Shown here: piece after piece, positions 54,357 to 64,000 of the stretch
Numbering within the stretch: the stretch's first letter is position 1
Layout: each line of letters begins with the position of its first letter
NCBI GenBank assembly: GCA_973851085.1
Contig: OZ316775.1
Span: 10,850,001 to 10,914,000, forward strand
From: Ptychomitrium polyphyllum
Taxonomy: Eukaryota
Direction of reading: 5' to 3'
DNA length: 64,000 nucleotides
Notes under the pieces: generated by a model
Databases searched by the model: none
Told to the model about the DNA's origin: nothing
Seen by the model: only the letters and a program-made list of their open reading frames with translations
Made by a program: the position numbers and the translations under genes

Positions 54357-55462
54357 GCCGGCCTAATCAAAGTTACCAACCCTAAACCTCCCTCTATTCT
54401 TCAACTAGATCCACCATGCATCAGCAGCCCTGCGTTTCCCTGAGTTTGTTCCGTTCCAATTTGCCGCACATTGAGGAAGGATCGCCAGGCCCAGAAAACT
54501 CTACATCCTTTGAATGTCGATGAGCTTCAAATCCTCAGTGACAGACATAAAAAACCGCCGCTGCAGATCCAAGCTGAATCCCCTAAATCTCTTGTCAAGT
54601 GCTGAATCTGAAATCCATGGCCGATGTCACAATCAGCAGATTGAAAGAAAAAGATCTAGTGTTGAATGCTGTGGAAGGCACTCATCAACCAACGCTCCGA
54701 TCCTTGCCCTGTATTACAAGCCCAGAAGCCCCATTGCACACTCCACTTCTAACCACCGCAACGATCTCTATTACCTCCTCCAATGGCACGAAAAACACTC
54801 ACTTGCTTGAAAACAGAGTAATGCGTACACAGGGGGGCAGAACGCTCTCCCAGCTAGACCATCACGTAGAGATCCACTACTCCCGCGAGAATCTCAAAGC
54901 CAACAACAGAACACACAGATCCTGCAAAGCAATTACAGATCGAATTCGGACCCCATCGCACAGCAGCTACTGTCCACCATCTCCAGAAGAAAAACAGGGA
55001 CAGCAAGCCCCCTTCCACACCTCAACCCAGAAAATCAACAACAACCATCACAGAAAGTAAAGGAAAAACACAAAGCCCACAGAAACAGAAGCACCATCTC
55101 CGTATCCCAATGATTCCACCTAGTCAACACGTCAAGACGACAAAATCAACCTGCCAATCTCGCAAGCCAGACCCAGTGGGCCAACAGATCACCCACCGCC
55201 TAGAGCCCCATCATCACCCCTGCCGAAAAAAAAGCAACGTACTGCTGCCCAAAACTAGCAGCTTTCGCTCCCTACCAGGTTGCTGTGAGGCTCGAGAAGG
55301 CACGACGCACGAGGACGACGTGACTCCAGCCCCTGCAACGCAATGCCACCACTGCACCACTGCACCACTGCCTCCAGTCCTCTCCTCAAAGTGGTCGTGC
55401 CGCTACACAGCCAGCTTGCCACTCTCCCCAAATGCCTCCACTGCTAGGTCCAGTGTGAACTA

Positions 55463-55900
55463 TGTGTTGTTGCGGTTGTTGTTGTTGTTGTTGTCGTCGC
55501 TGTCGTTGTTTGGGTTCGGGTATGGGTGACGGTTGTTGGTTGTTGGTTGTTGGTTGTTTGGTTGTAGTGATGATCAGGTGTTGGGGGCATGAACTGCGGC
55601 GGAGGCGGAGGCGGAGGCGGGTGTGGGTGTGGGTGTGCAACAGTACTGCAGCGTCCGGCATGGTCGCAGCGAGTCTGCTGCATGGCCATGGTCATGGCCA
55701 TGCTCGATTTTGCTCGTCTTTGCTCGTTTTCGCTCTTTCTTGCTCGCTGGAGGAATGTGGGGCATGCATGCTCTGTCATGCCCTCCGCCTCTCGCATGCT
55801 CGTGGGCCCCACTGACCTCCGCTCCTCGGTTGCTCGGCTGCTCGGCTTTCATGCACCTCACTGGGTTTGGATCATTTGGATGGATGGATGGATGGATGGA
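55463..55900. repeat. Cluster of simple repeats in the GC-rich 5'/promoter region of the RME-8-like gene
   Basis: (GTT)n and (GGTTGTT)n at 55465-55565, (GGCGGA)n at 55597-55620, (GTGTGG)n at 55620-55637, and (TGGA)n at 55877-55900. Confidence 0.9.
55802..55812. promoter_or_regulatory. Candidate TCP/site II element GTGGGCCCCAC
   Basis: Matches GTGGGNCC and GGNCCCAC upstream of the inferred first exon. Motif match only. Confidence 0.3.
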
Positions 55901-58900
55901 GGGATGGTTTCTCGTTCCACATTCATCGCGGGGAGGTCCCCCTTCGCTGAGGACGTGAGGAGTGTGCAGGTGCCTTTTTCCTTTTTAAAAAAATTTCAGT
56001 GGAAGGGCCTTTCCGCTTCTGCCCTTGGAGGGGGGAAGTGAAACATTTCAGTGTGAGATATGGGTGGGTTAGGAGGATGGTTCATGGGAGAAGATGGGGA
56101 GTCATGAAACGAACTCAGATAGGAGAGTTTTTCTTTTGTGGACTAGTACTTGGATTGTTGTTTTGAGATTAGTTTCAAAATTGGTCAATGGAAAAAGATT
56201 TTCCACAATATTTGTTGTTATGTAGGCGGTCAACTCAGCTTTTCATTCATTTTTGGGTTTTTTCCTTGTAGGTGGTGATATGAGGTGTGAAGTTTCATGG
56301 ACGAATTGGAAAATTTTGATTGATTATATGATTGGGATTTTTTCCAAATGGCCAAAATGCTTCAAGTATGGTAAAATTTCTTTACTTTGAAGGAAATAGA
56401 AGTAGGTGTAAAAAAACCCTTCGAATTCACTTGGATTTACATATTATAGAATTTCACGATGGGATGCTTTCAAATGAATTATGTATTAAGTATTATATGG
56501 GTTGTAATATTTAGTACATGTTTCATATATTATGCTTCATTTTAATTGTAATTGCAAATTTTTTTGGAATCCGCTAGACAAATATGAGAATGTAGTAATG
56601 GGCTTACCTTTGGATGGATGACTTTGAATAGTGGACTAGGAAAGAACAAAATTGTCAACGTATCTATAAAGTACACACCAACATATTACAACCTTCATTC
56701 TTTAGTAATTGAAGCAACTCATTTTTACTTTGGAAGGTGGAATTTGAATGATAGATGATGATGAGGGAATGTTGCAATGAACTTAGCACTCTTAAACTAA
56801 AGCTTAAACTATCCGTTGATTCTTAATTGACATACTAGTCATTTTTATAAGCTAATCAAAGTTTTGACATCATTTTCTTAAAAAATATATATAATTTGAT
56901 TAAAATTTTAGTTGATTTATAATCTAATTTAAAACTAAATATACTAAGTGCCTGTAGACATGGACATCAAAGCCTGTAATGATAAACTTTCAACTAAAAT
57001 CAACAAACCACTTATACAAAGAGTCCCACAAAGGGTTGGAATGTTGTACTACTTCTAGTACTTATTTTTCTCAAGCTTGCAGCACTACACACAATCCATC
57101 CCTCAACAATATTCACACACTATACAACATTGGAAAAGATGTTACTTTCAAAGTGTTCATCATTTGAAATACAATCTCGGACACACTACCACACCTCCAT
57201 GGCATTCCAGAAATGCAGACTTGAGGATGGCTAACCATGGCAAGAACTCTACAACTACCACAGCGGAACAAAAACCAGACCACAGTTAAGACATCCATTC
57301 CAAACCTCCGAAGGATAGAGCTGATCCTCAAAAGACCAACCCACCACACCCACCACTGAACTCTGCCTGTTTGCTGGGCAGTGCAATAATTTTGAACTTG
57401 CACTCAGAAGACATCACCTGTTGTCATCTGGTTACAACAAAATGTTCCTGCAGTGCTTTTGCTTGAAAGTTGGACATATGGTAATCTCAGGTGCACAAGA
57501 GCCTCGATGGTGAAACAAATGTGAAGGATTTCTCAACATGTGGACTTCTCAATGAAACTTGCAGTGCCAAATTTATGGGGACATGCTTCCATTTCAGTGG
57601 AGTTATGGCTTTAAGTTTCGGGCATGAGTGTCATCAGCCAAATGATGGAGAAACTTAAAATTTGAAGCTAGAATTCTACTAGGATAGTGGTGTTTCTTTA
57701 TTGCTTTGGAAGTTTGGAATTTATTGAATTGTACAAATTTAGTAAATAACTTGTTTGAAAAAGAGACTTTATTCATGTGGATTTCCTATGAAAGATTAGG
57801 GTTGTATTTTGTTTTCTTCTTTGTGCTTGAAGATTATAATTTCTTTCTTGAAGCTTGATTTCATAACATTTTTAGTTCATAGGCCCAGGGATCCTATGCT
57901 TCCCAATACTTCCTTTGATTGTTTCACACATTGACTTCAATTACACATAGATTTCCTACATAAATTCTAAAAGTTATTGTAGGATTGTTCAAATTTACTA
58001 TAATAAATTTTTAGCAAATAAGAAGATTGCGTGAAGCATGTGTTGATATCAACAATGTTTCAATCACCTTTAGATGTTGATTTCTAAAAAGATGCTTAAA
58101 AGACCCATTTTATGTAGGACTAAGAATATTATGTTCTTTGAACTCAACCAATAATATAAAAAATATGGCAAGAAGACAAGACGTAGACTAGTATAATCAT
58201 ATTAGTCCAATGCAACTATTCCAATTTCTTGAGTAATTTATGTTAACACTTAGGAAAAAAAAATGAACAAAGTTTGTTATACGGATGAGTAGTTGTTGCA
58301 AAAAAATAAAATTGTTATTTTGATTAAAATACCATCATGAACAAAGAAATGAAATTCTAAATAAAACATGCTCATCTAAATACCTTCTCCCTCAAGGTAA
58401 ACTAATTATCACCACATTCAGTAAGCTTGCCATTTATTTCCTAATTTAAAACGTTATTCAAATATCCTCTCCATGTGCTGATACTTCATTTCATGATCTA
58501 ATGTCATTAAAACAAAGGGACCCTTGTGAACCAGTAGACTCAACTTGGTCTGTGTTTTATGGTTGTATCAGATTTTGAAAGTGTGCACTAAATGTCAAGT
58601 GCAGAGTTTACCAAGTCAGTACAATATTCTAAGCAATCATGTGACCAGTCATGTTTGAAGTAGGCACATCTAAATGAACACAGATTGTTGAAACACAACA
58701 TAAAGCATAGTGATGTAAATTGAGGTAGAGATAAACAGTTCCACAAGATGTGGACTCAATGTGTCACACCATGCATGGTTTCTAACCAACATGGAGAGAA
58801 AATTATTCTTTTCCTACTAGTTGCAAATCAAAAGATCATTAAAATTGTCTCTATTCCAGTCATCGATATGATGTAATATTCAGTGTACCAAAACAACTTT

Positions 58901-59451
58901 GCTTAACCAATTTTTGTACTTAATTGTAATTTCTGCAAGTTTACAACTCTAAACATGCAATCTTAATGATTTTAAAGATGTGACTGTCCTGTCCTCCCTA
59001 ATACTAAAGCCTTAATCTGTACACTCACAAGTTATGATTACTCGAGTCGTTGGAGAACCACCTGTACGACCTGTACATATGATCATAAACAATATCAAAA
59101 TGTGCTATAACCAGAGACAATAACCACAGTTTTGCGTTACACAAATTAATTTCATTGTGCAAAGAAATTAACTACAAATGAAACAATTTCATAAAAGCCA
59201 GGGCATTGAAACTCAATAAGGACCTATATTGAAAGTTCCAAACATTAAATAGCGTTTACTATATTGCTAAACTACTGCACATCGAGCCTAACAATTACAC
59301 GGATTCTCTCCTCAATCAGACTTCCCGAGAAGGCAAAGGAGTAGAAAAGCTCACAAGAATTAATTCGTAACCCAGAAACGGCCGAAAGCAGATTCAACAG
59401 AGAAAATTCGCAGACGCCGCAAACTAACAGGGTATCTTAAGTTTCAACACG

Positions 59452-63892
<4,441 letters not shown>

Positions 63893-64000
63893 CTGCACAT
63901 AAACTGTCAGTCCAAAAAACTTCGCCGGTAACCGTAAATAAATGATACCCTTGTTCGATAGGAAAAAAATAAGCACAAACATATAAGTAGAACATATAAA

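Noticed and set aside
53263..54443. Plus-strand ORFs of 223 aa and 124 aa
   Set aside because: Antisense shadows of the RME-8-like exons.
55110..56041. Overlapping Cys/Gly/Pro/Gln/Thr-rich ORFs on both strands
   Set aside because: These are by-products of GC-rich microsatellites in a promoter/5'UTR, with no domain signal.
56979..57470. Short ORFs between NRPC1 and the RME-8-like gene
   Set aside because: No recognisable domain or splice structure, so a gene call cannot be supported.
58385..58400. Partial similarity to miR477 (TTCTCCCTCAAGG)
   Set aside because: The match is incomplete and no star-arm hairpin is visible.

Overview
Eukaryotic plant nuclear DNA with intron-rich genes and AT-rich intergenic sequence full of transposon debris. 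Gene style and chromovirus type suggest a moss such as Physcomitrium; this is an inference. (1) 1-7.7 kb: a nest of decayed Ty3/Gypsy LTR retrotransposons, including a chromodomain-bearing pol pseudogene and several LTRs. (2) 11.1-14.5 kb, minus strand: a complete 7-exon TTL-family gene (disordered N-terminus, TPRs, non-catalytic thioredoxin-like domain, about 886 aa). (3) 16.5-40 kb: gene-poor DNA with tandem and dispersed repeats, a 100-N gap and probable pseudogene fragments. (4) 41.1-54.4 kb, minus strand: a very large multi-exon gene for a divergent RME-8/DNAJC13/GRV2-like protein. It keeps the PH-like N-terminus and all four IWN repeats but appears to have lost the J domain, and its PI3P-binding and GYF motifs are not recognisable. 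This is the most interesting item in the window. (5) 59.5-64 kb, minus strand: the 3' part of the RNA polymerase III largest subunit gene, including a 15-nt microexon. No tRNA, rRNA or CRISPR array was recognised. All homology calls rest on motifs recognised by eye, not on database searches.
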